NCBI GenBank assembly: GCA_963667495.1
Contig: OY763426.1
Location: 1,347,615 to 1,411,614, forward strand
Direction: 5' to 3'
DNA length: 64,000 bases
Source: Candidatus Binatia bacterium
GTDB taxonomy: Bacteria; Desulfobacterota; Binatia; Bin18
Under the pieces are notes generated by a model. The model was not told the DNA's origin and made no database searches. It saw only the letters and a program-made list of their open reading frames with translations. Position numbers and translations under genes: made by a program. Within the stretch, counting starts at the first letter, position 1. Every line of letters starts with the position of its first letter. This document shows positions 47,098 through 56,814 of the stretch, piece after piece.

Positions 47098-47580
47098 TCA
47101 CCAGTAATGTGCCTTTGGCTTCGGAGTCTGCTGGGCGGGAGGCGTCTCCGCTTCTTCTTCAAGGACGGCTGAGACAAGAGTGAGCCGACCACTCATTTGG
47201 TAGAAAAATCCGGCAAGCAGGACGGGCTTCCGAATATGCTCTTCGGTCAGGAGCGGAGCTAAAACCTCTGCATTCAGGATACGCAGATTCGGTTTGTGCC
47301 GACGCATATCTCGGAGTATGGAAAGCTCGCTTTGTGTCCGGCTCGTGGTGTGGAATTCATCGACCTGAAGATAGACTTCCTCTTCTTTGGAAATCCCGAA
47401 GGCCAGGAGGTCGTCATGTCTGCCAGGCTCACCGGTCGGCACGAAATAGAGCTTCCCACTGAGGCGGACTGGCAGCGGAGGACCCTCGGCGCCAGACGCT
47501 GACGGGAGGATAAGTAAAAGGGCGAACACCCAGATCAGGAGGTTGAGAGGTCGAAAATATTGCCTGGACATCGGACGCAT
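47098..47580 (-). CDS. Secreted hypothetical protein (paralog of the protein at 26467..26937), last gene of the two-component operon
   Basis: It has a signal peptide (LLIWVFALLLILPSASGA). It shares a motif with the other copy and lies directly downstream of the kinase gene on the same strand. Confidence 0.5.
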   Translation of the reverse strand: MRPMSRQYFRPLNLLIWVFALLLILPSASGAEGPPLPVRLSGKLYFVPTGEPGRHDDLLAFGISKEEEVYLQVDEFHTTSRTQSELSILRDMRRHKPNLRILNAEVLAPLLTEEHIRKPVLLAGFFYQMSGRLTLVSAVLEEEAETPPAQQTPKPKAHYW

Positions 47581-47603
47581 GTCTGATACGCCTCCCCGCT
47601 GCC

Positions 47604-49067
47604 TCACTCCCCCTGTTCGCCTTCCGGCTGCTGCACCGGAACCAGCGGCAGCCGGACAGTGAAACAGCTTCCTTGTCCAACGCGGCTCTCGACACTGATC
47701 TGCCCTCCATGCGCGAGTACGATTGAGCGGGCGAGGGTCAGGCCGAGGCCAGTGCCTCCGCGGCTCCGGGCTGGGTCGGCACGATAAAAGCGATCAAAGA
47801 TGTGAGGCTGCTCCTCGGCGGCAATGCCGGCTCCGGTGTCTCGGACCGACAGGTAGGCCGCTGCCCCGCGTGGTTCCAGGGCCAGCATCACAGTCCCGCC
47901 CTCCGGTGTGTATTTAATCGCGTTCTCGCCCAGGTTAAATATGAGCCGGAACAGCATGGGCTCACTGCCCCGCGTCCAGAGTTCCACTGGCACGTCATGT
48001 TTGAAGGTAATCTGAGCCGTCTCGGCTAAAGCGTCCAGCGCCGCACTGACGTCGCGCAGGACTGCCGCCAGATTGACCGGCGTACGCGTGATACTCATAT
48101 TGCCGCTGTCAGAGCGGGCCAGAAAGAGCAGGTCCGTGACGAGGGCGCTGAGGCGATCAACTTCTTCAAGGCAGCTGACCAGGACGGAGCGATATTCATC
48201 CGGTGTCGGAGGAGAGCGGAGTGCAACCTCAAGCTCGCCTTTTAAGATGGTCAGCGGGGTACGCAGTTCATGGGCGGCATCGGCGCTAAAGTGCTTGACC
48301 GCAGTAAACGCGCGCTCCAGCCGCGCCAGCATGGCGTTCAATACCGCGGCCAGACGGCCGAGTTCGTCCGTGCTGTCCGCGGCCTCGATCCGGCGCGAGA
48401 GGTCTTCCGCCTCTATCGCCCGGGCCGTATTGACCATTGCATCCACAGGGGCCAGGGCGTGCCGCGCCAGAAACCAGCCTCCCACTCCCGCCCCCCCGAG
48501 CGCCAGCGGGATGAGCCCCAGGAGAATCAAGAGGAAACGGGAACGGGCCGTATCTGCACTCTCAAGGGGCATGGCGACCTGAACGAGATGAATCATGCGG
48601 CCGTGCTCAATAACCGGCAGCGTCAGCAGTCGGACCGGTATCCCCTCCCTCTCCTTCCCCCTAGAAGGAGGAGGTAAGGTGATGGTCTGATAGGTCTCCC
48701 GACCGTGTCGGGCGTTCAACTGTGCTTCCGGGCTGAGCGGGAATTGCATGCGCGTGCGCGGCACAACGCGGGGGTCTGGACGACCGAAAGGATCGAGCAA
48801 ACGAAAGAACCGCGAGGCCGGTCCAGGACCAAACGGACCGAGCAGCGCGTCCAAAGCTGCACTGAAATCCCGTCCCGTCGACGGGGGACGCCGAACTGAA
48901 TCGGCAATGGACACGGCGACCGATTTTAGCGAGGCATCGATATTGTCACGCAACCCCCGGTCGAGGAGGATGAGGGCCGCTGCCCCCAGGATGACCAACA
49001 TGCCGGTCAGGAGAGCCGTATACCACAGCGTCAGGCGGGCCCGCAGGCTGGAAAAGAGGAAACGCAT
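47604..49067 (-). CDS. Sensor histidine kinase (HAMP-HisKA-HATPase)
   Basis: The H-box is FSADAAHELRTPLT. The N, G1 and G2 boxes are present. There are two TM segments. Confidence 0.9.
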   Translation of the reverse strand: MRFLFSSLRARLTLWYTALLTGMLVILGAAALILLDRGLRDNIDASLKSVAVSIADSVRRPPSTGRDFSAALDALLGPFGPGPASRFFRLLDPFGRPDPRVVPRTRMQFPLSPEAQLNARHGRETYQTITLPPPSRGKEREGIPVRLLTLPVIEHGRMIHLVQVAMPLESADTARSRFLLILLGLIPLALGGAGVGGWFLARHALAPVDAMVNTARAIEAEDLSRRIEAADSTDELGRLAAVLNAMLARLERAFTAVKHFSADAAHELRTPLTILKGELEVALRSPPTPDEYRSVLVSCLEEVDRLSALVTDLLFLARSDSGNMSITRTPVNLAAVLRDVSAALDALAETAQITFKHDVPVELWTRGSEPMLFRLIFNLGENAIKYTPEGGTVMLALEPRGAAAYLSVRDTGAGIAAEEQPHIFDRFYRADPARSRGGTGLGLTLARSIVLAHGGQISVESRVGQGSCFTVRLPLVPVQQPEGEQGE

Positions 49068-49759
49068 TATTCCTCGGGCTCCTTGATGACATAGCCCACC
49101 CCACGCACGGTATGGATCAGTTTGGTGGGAAATCCGGCATCGATCTTCTTCCTGAGATAATTGACATACACGTCAATCACATTGGTAAAGGTGTCGAAAT
49201 CTACGCCCCATACATGCTGGGCGATAATGGCGCGGCTGAGCACGCGCCCAGGCTGGCGTAAAAAGAATTCGAGCAGGGCGAATTCTTTTGCGGTGAGTTC
49301 AATTCGAGTTCCCGCGCGGCTGACCGCGCGCGAGATCAGGTCGAGTTCCAGGTCCGCCACGCTCAAGATGGAGGGGGACAGGGGGCTGCCTCGGCGCAGT
49401 AAGGCGCGAATCCGAGCGAGCAGTTCTTCAAAGGCAAACGGTTTTGTCAGATAGTCATCCGCGCCTCGGTCCAGCCCGGCGACTTTATCCGCAACCGTAT
49501 CTCGCGCGGTGAGCATCAGGACCGGCACGCGGAGCTTATGCCGCCGCACCTCCTGGAGGACGCTCAATCCGTCCCGCTTGGGCAGCATGCCGTCCAAAAT
49601 GACCAGATCGTACTCGTGATCGAATGCTTGGGTCAGTCCGACCTCGCCGTCCGGGGCGATATCAACACGATAGCCCTCGGCTTCAAGACCACGGCGGATA
49701 AAACTGGCGACCTTTGCTTCGTCTTCAATCACAAGGATACGCACGGGTATGTCTCTCAA
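49067..49759 (-). CDS. OmpR-family response regulator
   Basis: A receiver domain (LVIEDE...DLVILDGMLP) is followed by a winged-helix trans-reg C-terminus. Confidence 0.9.
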   Translation of the reverse strand: MRDIPVRILVIEDEAKVASFIRRGLEAEGYRVDIAPDGEVGLTQAFDHEYDLVILDGMLPKRDGLSVLQEVRRHKLRVPVLMLTARDTVADKVAGLDRGADDYLTKPFAFEELLARIRALLRRGSPLSPSILSVADLELDLISRAVSRAGTRIELTAKEFALLEFFLRQPGRVLSRAIIAQHVWGVDFDTFTNVIDVYVNYLRKKIDAGFPTKLIHTVRGVGYVIKEPEE

Positions 49760-49882
49760 CTACCTCAGGTTCACGAACGGATTGAATAGGCGTATTGTAG
49801 CAGACACCGCGGGAATCACAGACCCATGCCGGACTTCTTTACTCTGTTCTCTTTTTGCTGACTGCGTGTGAGTGCCGCCGTT

Positions 49883-50194
49883 ATGCCTATCGGACGTCCC
49901 AGCCTGTCTCCTCTTCGCATTCTGAAACTCGTCCGACATCTGCCTCAGTTCGCGAAGCTGTTCTGGAGGCTGTTTCGAGACCGACGGGTGCCGCTACGGG
50001 CCAAGGCCGTGCTGGTCGGGGCGCTGGCCTATCTGCTGCTGCCGATAGACTTACTGCCCGATATTATCCCTTTCGTTGGCGTTGCCGACGATATTACCAT
50101 CCTCTTACTTGCCGGTCGCTGGTTTCTTTCCCTGTGTCCCCCTGACGTGTTACAGGAGCAGGTGAGGGCATTGAGTGAGGAAGCCGCCGGTTAA
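49883..50194 (+). CDS. DUF1232 (YkvA-like) small membrane protein
   Basis: LLLPIDLLPDIIPFVGVADDITILLLA is the DUF1232 signature. Confidence 0.6.
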   Translation: MPIGRPSLSPLRILKLVRHLPQFAKLFWRLFRDRRVPLRAKAVLVGALAYLLLPIDLLPDIIPFVGVADDITILLLAGRWFLSLCPPDVLQEQVRALSEEAAG

Positions 50195-50224
50195 TACCCG
50201 TTTGTCCTATAAAAGGAGTGATCT

Positions 50225-51976
50225 ATGGCATATCGCCCGACTCTGATGAGCACGCGAGGGATGATTTCGACCGAACACTATCTTTCTGCTGAAGCCGGCA
50301 TGCAGGTGCTACGGGCCGGCGGCAACGCCTTTGATGCAGCCGTTGCCGCCGCGCTGGCCGAGGGCGTGCTCAACCCCCATATGCATACATTCGGGGGCGA
50401 ATTGTCCGCGCTCGCCTATAGCGCGTCGGACAGGAAAGTCTTCTCGATTAATGGCAATACTGTTGCGCCCAAAGCGGCAACGCGTGAGTGGTTTCAGCAG
50501 CAGGGTATTCGTCTCATTCCAGGCCGTGGGGTCCTGGCCGCCGGACCGTGTGCGGCGCCAGATGCCTTCATATCCGCGCTGCAACGCTTTGGGACCCGCA
50601 GCTTTGCCCAAGTGGTTGCACCTGCGCTGGAACTGGCCGAGAACGGTTTTCCCATGCACGGTGCTTTACGCGGTCCGGCGCCGGCCTATCTGAATATGGA
50701 TTTTTCGATTGCCGGTAATGCCGGGCATTTCAGGCAGCACTGGCCGTCTTCAGCTAAAGTCTATCTGCCGGGCGGGCATCTGCCCGATATCGGTCAAGTC
50801 ATGACGAACCCGGACTTGGCCCGGACATTTCGGCGTTTGATGGCGGCAGAAGAGCGGGCCGGTGGCGACCGACTCGACGGCCTCACCGCCGCCCGGGCCG
50901 AGTTTTATGAAGGGTCCATCGCTCAGACCATAGCGGCCCATGCAAAAGAACAGGGGGGGCTGCTGAGCGCAGAAGATCTCGCCGACTTTCATATTCAGAT
51001 CGAAGAGCCGACGACCCTCAACTACCGTGGCTACGATGTATACAAATGTGGCCCCTGGAGCCAAGGCCCGGTGTTTCTGCAGCAACTGGCCCTGCTTGAA
51101 GGTTTTGACCTCAAGGGGATGGGCCTGAATAGTGCGGACTATATTCATACGGTCACGGAAGCAGCCAAGCTGGCCTTTGCCGACCGGGAGCAATACTACG
51201 GAGATCCGAATTTTACCGATGTGCCACTGGCAGGACTCCTCTCCAAGGACTACGCGTCAAGGCGGCGTGAGCTGATCGACAACGGACAGGCGTCGTTCGA
51301 GCAGCGACCGGGCAATCCGCGGACCGGGGCTGCGTTGCTCGAAGGCGAAGACATCTTTGCGGCACGGAATTGGGGCCCAGGCACCGTCTATGTGGCAGTG
51401 ATCGATAAAGAGCGGAATATGGCCTCGTTTACCCCAAGCGGTGCCTGGATTCCGTCCTCCCCGGTAATGGACGGACTCGGCTTCCCCCTGGGAACCCGAG
51501 TGCAGACGTTTTTCCTGGATGCAACGCATCCGAACGCCCTGGTGCCGGGCAAACGTCCGCGTACCACCCTGACGCCGACCCTGGTCATGCGAGACGGACA
51601 CCCCTGCATGGTTTTTGGAACGCCGGGGGGCGACCAGCAGGATCAGTGGACGCTCCAGTTCTTTCTGGCGGTGGCTGATTTTGAAATGGAAGTGCAGGAT
51701 GCCATAGAAGCCCCCCGCTTTTCGACCTCCCACTTCCCGAACAGTTTCTATCCACACAATTGTATTCCCGGTCTGCTCCGGGTTGAGGAACGGGTTCCTG
51801 AAGAGGTACAGCATGAACTCAAAGCCCGCGGGCATACGCTCCAGGTCAACCCGGCATGGAGCGAGGGAGACGTGCTGGGTATCCGCATTGATGCCAGGTC
51901 TGGCACGTTATACGGCGGAGCGGATGTACGTGGAGAGCAGAGTAAACGCATGCCGTCACATATCGTGGGCTGGTAA
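50225..51976 (+). CDS. Gamma-glutamyltranspeptidase family protein
   Basis: 583 aa. It has the family's layout, including the catalytic Thr region TPGGDQQDQ... Confidence 0.75.
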   Translation: MAYRPTLMSTRGMISTEHYLSAEAGMQVLRAGGNAFDAAVAAALAEGVLNPHMHTFGGELSALAYSASDRKVFSINGNTVAPKAATREWFQQQGIRLIPGRGVLAAGPCAAPDAFISALQRFGTRSFAQVVAPALELAENGFPMHGALRGPAPAYLNMDFSIAGNAGHFRQHWPSSAKVYLPGGHLPDIGQVMTNPDLARTFRRLMAAEERAGGDRLDGLTAARAEFYEGSIAQTIAAHAKEQGGLLSAEDLADFHIQIEEPTTLNYRGYDVYKCGPWSQGPVFLQQLALLEGFDLKGMGLNSADYIHTVTEAAKLAFADREQYYGDPNFTDVPLAGLLSKDYASRRRELIDNGQASFEQRPGNPRTGAALLEGEDIFAARNWGPGTVYVAVIDKERNMASFTPSGAWIPSSPVMDGLGFPLGTRVQTFFLDATHPNALVPGKRPRTTLTPTLVMRDGHPCMVFGTPGGDQQDQWTLQFFLAVADFEMEVQDAIEAPRFSTSHFPNSFYPHNCIPGLLRVEERVPEEVQHELKARGHTLQVNPAWSEGDVLGIRIDARSGTLYGGADVRGEQSKRMPSHIVGW

Positions 51977-52335
51977 GGTTGCCGTGGGCTGAGGGGGGAT
52001 TTTTATGTCTCCCCGACGTTTGCATTCCTTTATTAGAAAAACTAAAACTCAAATTTAGTCCTTGACTCTCAAAGCGAGGGTGCTAGGTAGGGAAGGGTAG
52101 TGGGTGCGGAAGGCTCGTGGCGAGGGGAAATCGTCCACGGACTGAGGACAGGAGGACAGCTGCTCTATATGCCAACTCGGGAGCAACATCTCAGCTCCGT
52201 TCCTCTCAGCCGGACAATTCGGTTTTTTTCGCCCACCCAATCATCCCGTTTAGATACGATTTCCACCATTCTCTTCCATCCCCGCGCAACGCTGCCCCTT
52301 CGGGCTGTTCACGTCTCTTCTGCTCGGCAAGGCGT

Positions 52336-52363
52336 TGAACAGAGGGGGCGTGTCCTCTGTTCA
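52336..52363. promoter_or_regulatory. Perfect 10-bp inverted repeat TGAACAGAGG-N8-CCTCTGTTCA in the hpf 5' leader
   Basis: It is seen directly in the sequence. It lies about 110 nt upstream of the hpf start, inside a 490-bp non-coding leader that begins with a TTGACT -35-like box near 52063. Confidence 0.35.
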
Positions 52364-52471
52364 CACAGAGCTGTTGACGCGTCTCTTCTGTTAGGGCCCC
52401 GTCCGCCACCACCCAGCAATACTCTGAGGCCGTCCCTTTTCGTGCACCCAAAGAGTTGGAGGAGTAGAATT

Positions 52472-52822
52472 ATGCAACTTCCAGTGCAAATCGTCTCTCG
52501 CGATCTGTATCTTTCCAAGCACCTAGAGACCACCATTCTTGAGAAAGCCAGCAAGCTTGATACCTTTTACAGCCGCATTACACGCTGCCAAGTCGTTATT
52601 GAATCCCAGACGCATCATCACTGGAAGAGTCAATCCTATAGAGTGCGGATCGACCTGAGCGTTCCTGGTGCTGAGCTAGTCGTCAACCACCATGAAAACC
52701 AGGATTTAAAAATCGCTATCCGCGATGCCTTTGATGCAGCCAAGCGTCAGTTGCAAGGCTATGCCCACCAACAACGCGGCGATGTGAAAGCGCATTCCGC
52801 ACTGGCGGAGGCGTGGCATTAG
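52472..52822 (+). CDS. hpf: Ribosome hibernation-promoting factor (HPF/RaiA, short form)
   Basis: MQLPVQIVSRDLYLSKHLETTILEKASKLDTFYSRITRCQVVI is the RaiA/HPF fold. A GGAGGAG RBS lies upstream. Confidence 0.8.
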   Translation: MQLPVQIVSRDLYLSKHLETTILEKASKLDTFYSRITRCQVVIESQTHHHWKSQSYRVRIDLSVPGAELVVNHHENQDLKIAIRDAFDAAKRQLQGYAHQQRGDVKAHSALAEAWH

Positions 52823-52867
52823 AACGAAGAACAGACCGCTACTGTTTCCTGAAGGAGAGGACAAGCT

Positions 52868-53779
52868 ATGGCCGAGGGATTTCGCAAGATTGTGTGTCCT
52901 GTCTATTTGGATGAAACTTCACCCCAGATGTTGTCGTATGCTCGGCACTTCGCCCAACTCGGAGATGGTACCATCTACCTCCTCCATGTTGTGCCCACCG
53001 ATGAACTCCATCTTCTGCGCAAGGTCTATAGGCCGGACGAGGGCGGTGGAGCGGATATCAGCACGGCAGAACGCGTTGCCCGCGAACAGTTAGAGGCGAC
53101 TGCTCATGAACATCTCAACGACATCCACTACGACATTGTAACCCAATTCAACAGCAATCCGGCCGCTGGAATTCTGGAAGCCCAAAAAGAAATAGGCGCT
53201 GACCTAGTAGTGATGTCCTCGCACGGTCGAACCGGACTTGCCCATCTCATTCTGGGCAGCGTTGCCGAAAGGGTCGTCCGGGAGTCCGTCTGTCCGGTGT
53301 TGACCATTCGTCAAGGAGAGGCAGAGGCCACTCCCTCTGCATTCCAGCATATTCTTGTTCCGGTAGATATTGCCGACCGGTCGGCGACCGCTCTTACCTG
53401 TGCCAGACAAATTGCGGAACAGCATGGGGGAACCGTCTATCCGCTCCACGTTGTTCCAACCGAAGACATTTACCTCCAGCGGGACGTATACCGGCTTCAG
53501 GAAGGGGGAGGGACGAATCTTGTCCGGGCGGAAAAGGTAGCCAAAGAGCGATTGGCGGAAATTTCGCAGACCTATCTTGATGGCGTCCGCTATGAACCGG
53601 TTGTTCATGTGAGCAGTGACCCGGCTCGTACTTTTCTTGAAATGGAAAAGGAAGTTGGAGCGGATTTACTGGTTATGGCGACCCACGGGTTTACCGGCCT
53701 GTTTCACCTCTTACTCGGCAGTCTGACCGAAAAAATGATGCGCGAAGCGGGCTGCCCGGTCCTGGCCCTGCATCAGTAG
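52868..53779 (+). CDS. Tandem universal stress protein (two UspA domains)
   Basis: Two repeats are present, each with a VMSSHGRTGL / VMATHGFTGL ATP-binding motif. Confidence 0.85.
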   Translation: MAEGFRKIVCPVYLDETSPQMLSYARHFAQLGDGTIYLLHVVPTDELHLLRKVYRPDEGGGADISTAERVAREQLEATAHEHLNDIHYDIVTQFNSNPAAGILEAQKEIGADLVVMSSHGRTGLAHLILGSVAERVVRESVCPVLTIRQGEAEATPSAFQHILVPVDIADRSATALTCARQIAEQHGGTVYPLHVVPTEDIYLQRDVYRLQEGGGTNLVRAEKVAKERLAEISQTYLDGVRYEPVVHVSSDPARTFLEMEKEVGADLLVMATHGFTGLFHLLLGSLTEKMMREAGCPVLALHQ

Positions 53780-53830
53780 CGGAGAGAAGGAGCAAGGAAG
53801 TCTGCTACACAACACAAGAGAAGGGACACG

Positions 53831-54343
53831 ATGATGAAGGATACGGCCTACAGGATCGTGAGTGAATCTCTGAAAGACGAGCTCCGGGCGATTGATTTCT
53901 ACTTGCTTGCCGCAGATGTCGCCCCCACTCCAGCCGCTCGACTTGCAGCCCGGCAGTTTGCCAGAGAAGAAGAGCAACATTTTGACGACCTTATAGAATG
54001 GATTGAGTGGGAAGACGATCCAGCACTCCGCATGGTCTTACAGAATATCCATCTCCTCCAGTACGATCCGTCACCTCAAACCGATGCCGTGCGGCACTGG
54101 GTAGAGCTCTGTCACCAGCAGGCGGTCTCCGATCCTGTGCGGATGCTCTTTGAGATAGCGCTGGCGAAAGAACAGGAGTCGCTCGGGCACTATCATGCCC
54201 TGGAGCGCAAAGTCACAGAGCCGCTGGCCCGTCGGGTGCTGCACGCAATCTGCCAGGCGGAAGAACAGCACAAGCGGTTCTTGGAAGAGCAGTATCATCG
54301 ACTGGTGTCTGAGCGTGAGGAACCCACGCAGTCCTGGCACTAA
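53831..54343 (+). CDS. Ferritin-like / rubrerythrin-family diiron protein
   Basis: Three E..H-type motifs are present (EEEQHFDDL, EQESLGHYHAL, QAEEQHKRF). Confidence 0.6.
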   Translation: MMKDTAYRIVSESLKDELRAIDFYLLAADVAPTPAARLAARQFAREEEQHFDDLIEWIEWEDDPALRMVLQNIHLLQYDPSPQTDAVRHWVELCHQQAVSDPVRMLFEIALAKEQESLGHYHALERKVTEPLARRVLHAICQAEEQHKRFLEEQYHRLVSEREEPTQSWH

Positions 54344-54570
54344 GGGGAACAGGGCCGCGTGGCCCGCGGATATCTGTGGTAAGGTACTGGCCGAGAAGAC
54401 GGACTGGTCGAAGTCCGGTGAGTCGCTTCTAGCGGGTCCGAAACTCGCCGAGCCGAGTTTGTGTGACAAGTTGATCCAGCGTTTTAACGTCAAGATTTTT
54501 TGGGCAGGCTTGTCGGACAACTTTAAAACGGAAGGCGTGTGAGGCCCACCGGTCTTGCGCTGCCTCCAGG

Positions 54571-55974
54571 TCAAAACTCCATCTCTCTGGCATCTTCCGC
54601 AATATGGAGTGGCGCGGCCGTCGCCGCCCGTACTGCATCGGGAGTGACCCCTGGCGCAAACTCTTTTAAGACAAAGCCCTGGGAGGTCACCTGAAGCAAG
54701 GCCAGATTTGTCAGCACCCACGAGACACACTCACGGGCGGTGAGCGGATAGGTACACCTGGGGAGCAGTTTTGGTTCACCTGCCTTTGTGGTGTGCTGCA
54801 TCACAACAATCAGCCGGCGTGCTCCGGCAGCAAGGTCCATGGCTCCCCCAATTGAGCCGGCCTGCATATGCGGGGCTTTCCAGTTTGCCAGGTCGCCGTT
54901 TGCCGCGACCTGAAAGCCCCCGAGTATGACCGTGTCTATATGTCCCCCGCGGGCCATGGCAAACGCCGCTGTACTATCAAAGAAACTGGCTCCTGGTTGC
55001 AGCGTCACCAATTGAGAACTGGCATTATACAGATCAACATCCTCTTCCCCCGCCGTGGCAAGCGGACCATAGCCCAGCACTCCGTTCTCGGCGTGAAGCG
55101 TCACGTCGTCGGCAATAAAATCCGAGACCAGAGTTGGCAGGCCAATACCGAGATTCACATATTGGCCAGGCTCCAGGAGGCGCGCTGCGCGCAGCGCCAT
55201 GAGTTCCGGCGTCAGGCCGCTTATCTGTCCGGTACTTTCTGCTGCTTTGATCGTCCGACCTTGTGTCCGCATGAGTTCGAACACGCGCTCACGTTCGAGC
55301 GGTTTTTCACGCAGTACAAGCCGGTTCACGAATATGCCTGAGGTAGCAATCGCCTCTGGATCAAGCTTCCCCGGCTCGATAATTTCATCGACCTCAGCGA
55401 TGGTGACCGCAGCCGCAGAGGCGAACGGAGGGTTAAAATTACGCGCCGTACCGCGGTAGATCAGATTCCCGGCCGTATCCGCCTTATGCGCTCGAATGAG
55501 AGCGAAGTCGGCTTGGAGCGCGGTTTCCATGAGATATTCCCGGCCCTCAAAGGTCCGCTTCTCTTTCCCCTGCTCGACAACCGTTCCAACCCCGGTGGGG
55601 GTGAAAAAAGCGGGAATCCCCGCTCCCGCAGCACGAATGCGCTCGACCAAGGTGCCCTGGGGCACTATTTCAAAGGCAACTTCGCCCCGTCCAATCTGCT
55701 CGGACAGCGGCGTTGTGCGGTAGGCATAGCCACCGAAAGAGGCGATCAGTTTCGAGACCTGGCCGTTTTCAGCCAGAATTTGAGGAGACAGTGGTCCAAA
55801 TCCAGGAGAATTGCAGATAATGGTGAGGTCGCTCACGCCGCTACCTCGTAAGGCAAAGAGCAATTCATGCGGCCATCCCTGGAGCACGCCAAACCCGCCT
55901 ATCAGAATACTCGCTCCATCCCGGATATCGGCAATAGCTTCGACCGCGGAGTAGCGGGCCTTTTGTACACTCAT
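54571..55974 (-). CDS. Fused 3-oxoacid CoA-transferase (subunit A plus subunit B)
   Basis: The N-terminal half carries the subunit-A signature (GGFG..G.P). The C-terminal half carries the subunit-B signature (glutamate site region ...ENG...GGF). Confidence 0.8.
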   Translation of the reverse strand: MSVQKARYSAVEAIADIRDGASILIGGFGVLQGWPHELLFALRGSGVSDLTIICNSPGFGPLSPQILAENGQVSKLIASFGGYAYRTTPLSEQIGRGEVAFEIVPQGTLVERIRAAGAGIPAFFTPTGVGTVVEQGKEKRTFEGREYLMETALQADFALIRAHKADTAGNLIYRGTARNFNPPFASAAAVTIAEVDEIIEPGKLDPEAIATSGIFVNRLVLREKPLERERVFELMRTQGRTIKAAESTGQISGLTPELMALRAARLLEPGQYVNLGIGLPTLVSDFIADDVTLHAENGVLGYGPLATAGEEDVDLYNASSQLVTLQPGASFFDSTAAFAMARGGHIDTVILGGFQVAANGDLANWKAPHMQAGSIGGAMDLAAGARRLIVVMQHTTKAGEPKLLPRCTYPLTARECVSWVLTNLALLQVTSQGFVLKEFAPGVTPDAVRAATAAPLHIAEDAREMEF

Positions 55975-56075
55975 ACAAGCCTCATACTCAGTGAAAAAAT
56001 TTTGGCTGACCGTTCGGTCAGGTTGATCTTCGGCTGCCCGCCCCGTAATATAGCCCATCAGGCCGGTCCGCGCTC

Positions 56076-56125
56076 AAAGAGGAAACGTGTCCTCCATCCA
56101 AAAAAGCTGGACACGTTTCCTCTTT
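56076..56125. repeat. Hairpin element A: AAAGAGGAAACGTGTCC-(16-nt loop TCCATCCA...AGCT)-GGACACGTTTCCTCTTT
   Basis: It is a perfect 17-bp inverted repeat 57 nt upstream of the HIT-like gene. A near-identical element B lies at 56743-56796. Confidence 0.6.
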
Positions 56126-56181
56126 CAAGAGGGAGAGCGCCGTCGGCGTGATCGAAAGATAGTGTACAGGAAGGACAACCG

Positions 56182-56742
56182 GTGGCTGACCATCCAGTTT
56201 GGCTCTCACAAGGCGTCCCTGAGAGGGAAACACCGCCGCTCGTGCTATTTCACTATCCACTCGCTTTTACTCTCGTTGGCCGAGAAGCTGGAGTCCCGCC
56301 GACGGTGACGGTAGAAACTCCGCTGGATGATATCAGTGCAGCAGACCTGGCGTATATGGAGAAGGTCCTGAATTTTGTGAGCACGCAGCAACAGAGCGGC
56401 AACGTCCGGCCGTTCGACTCTCGACCCTCCCCGGCGGGAACCATGCCAACGGGTCAGATGTGCGACCTGTGTGAGATGGCCCATTATACGCAATGGTATG
56501 CCGAGTTTTACGCGCCTTTGCGTTTCACCATTCTCGACTGCGACTCCTGTGAGGTGCCCATCGCGGTCCTTGGTGAGCACCGCGTCGATGTGCGCCCGGA
56601 AGAGGTTGCGTTTATGGAAAATGCCCTCAATCTCGTGGCCGAACAAAAGTATACCGGAAAATTCCCGAAGTGGATGTTTGACCACAATATGCGGCAGATT
56701 CCGGATCATTATCATTTTCATGTCCGCCCCTTGCTCTGGTAA
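56182..56742 (+). CDS. Hypothetical protein with a C-terminal histidine-triad-like motif (HYHFHV) and two CxxC pairs
   Basis: It has an HxHxHxx C-terminus and the Cys pairs MCDLCEM / CDSCEV. Copies of a conserved hairpin element flank it. Confidence 0.5.
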   Translation: MADHPVWLSQGVPERETPPLVLFHYPLAFTLVGREAGVPPTVTVETPLDDISAADLAYMEKVLNFVSTQQQSGNVRPFDSRPSPAGTMPTGQMCDLCEMAHYTQWYAEFYAPLRFTILDCDSCEVPIAVLGEHRVDVRPEEVAFMENALNLVAEQKYTGKFPKWMFDHNMRQIPDHYHFHVRPLLW

Positions 56743-56796
56743 AAAGAGGGAACATGCCCTCCAATCATTCACAGAAGCTGGACATGTTTCCTCTTT
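56743..56796. repeat. Hairpin element B: AAAGAGGGAACATGCCC-(loop TCCAATCATTCACAGAAGCT)-GGACATGTTTCCTCTTT
   Basis: It has 2 mismatches in the stem relative to element A. The loop has the same start (TCCA) and end (AGAAGCT). It sits between the HIT-like stop and the ADH start. Confidence 0.55.
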
Positions 56797-56814
56797 GCGG
56801 CGAGGAGAAGTGAA

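Noticed and set aside
56109-56130. A sigma-54 (-24/-12) promoter within hairpin elements A and B (TGGACA...TTTCC)
   Set aside because: The GG-N10-GC spacing and the TTGC(A/T) -12 element are not satisfied in either copy.
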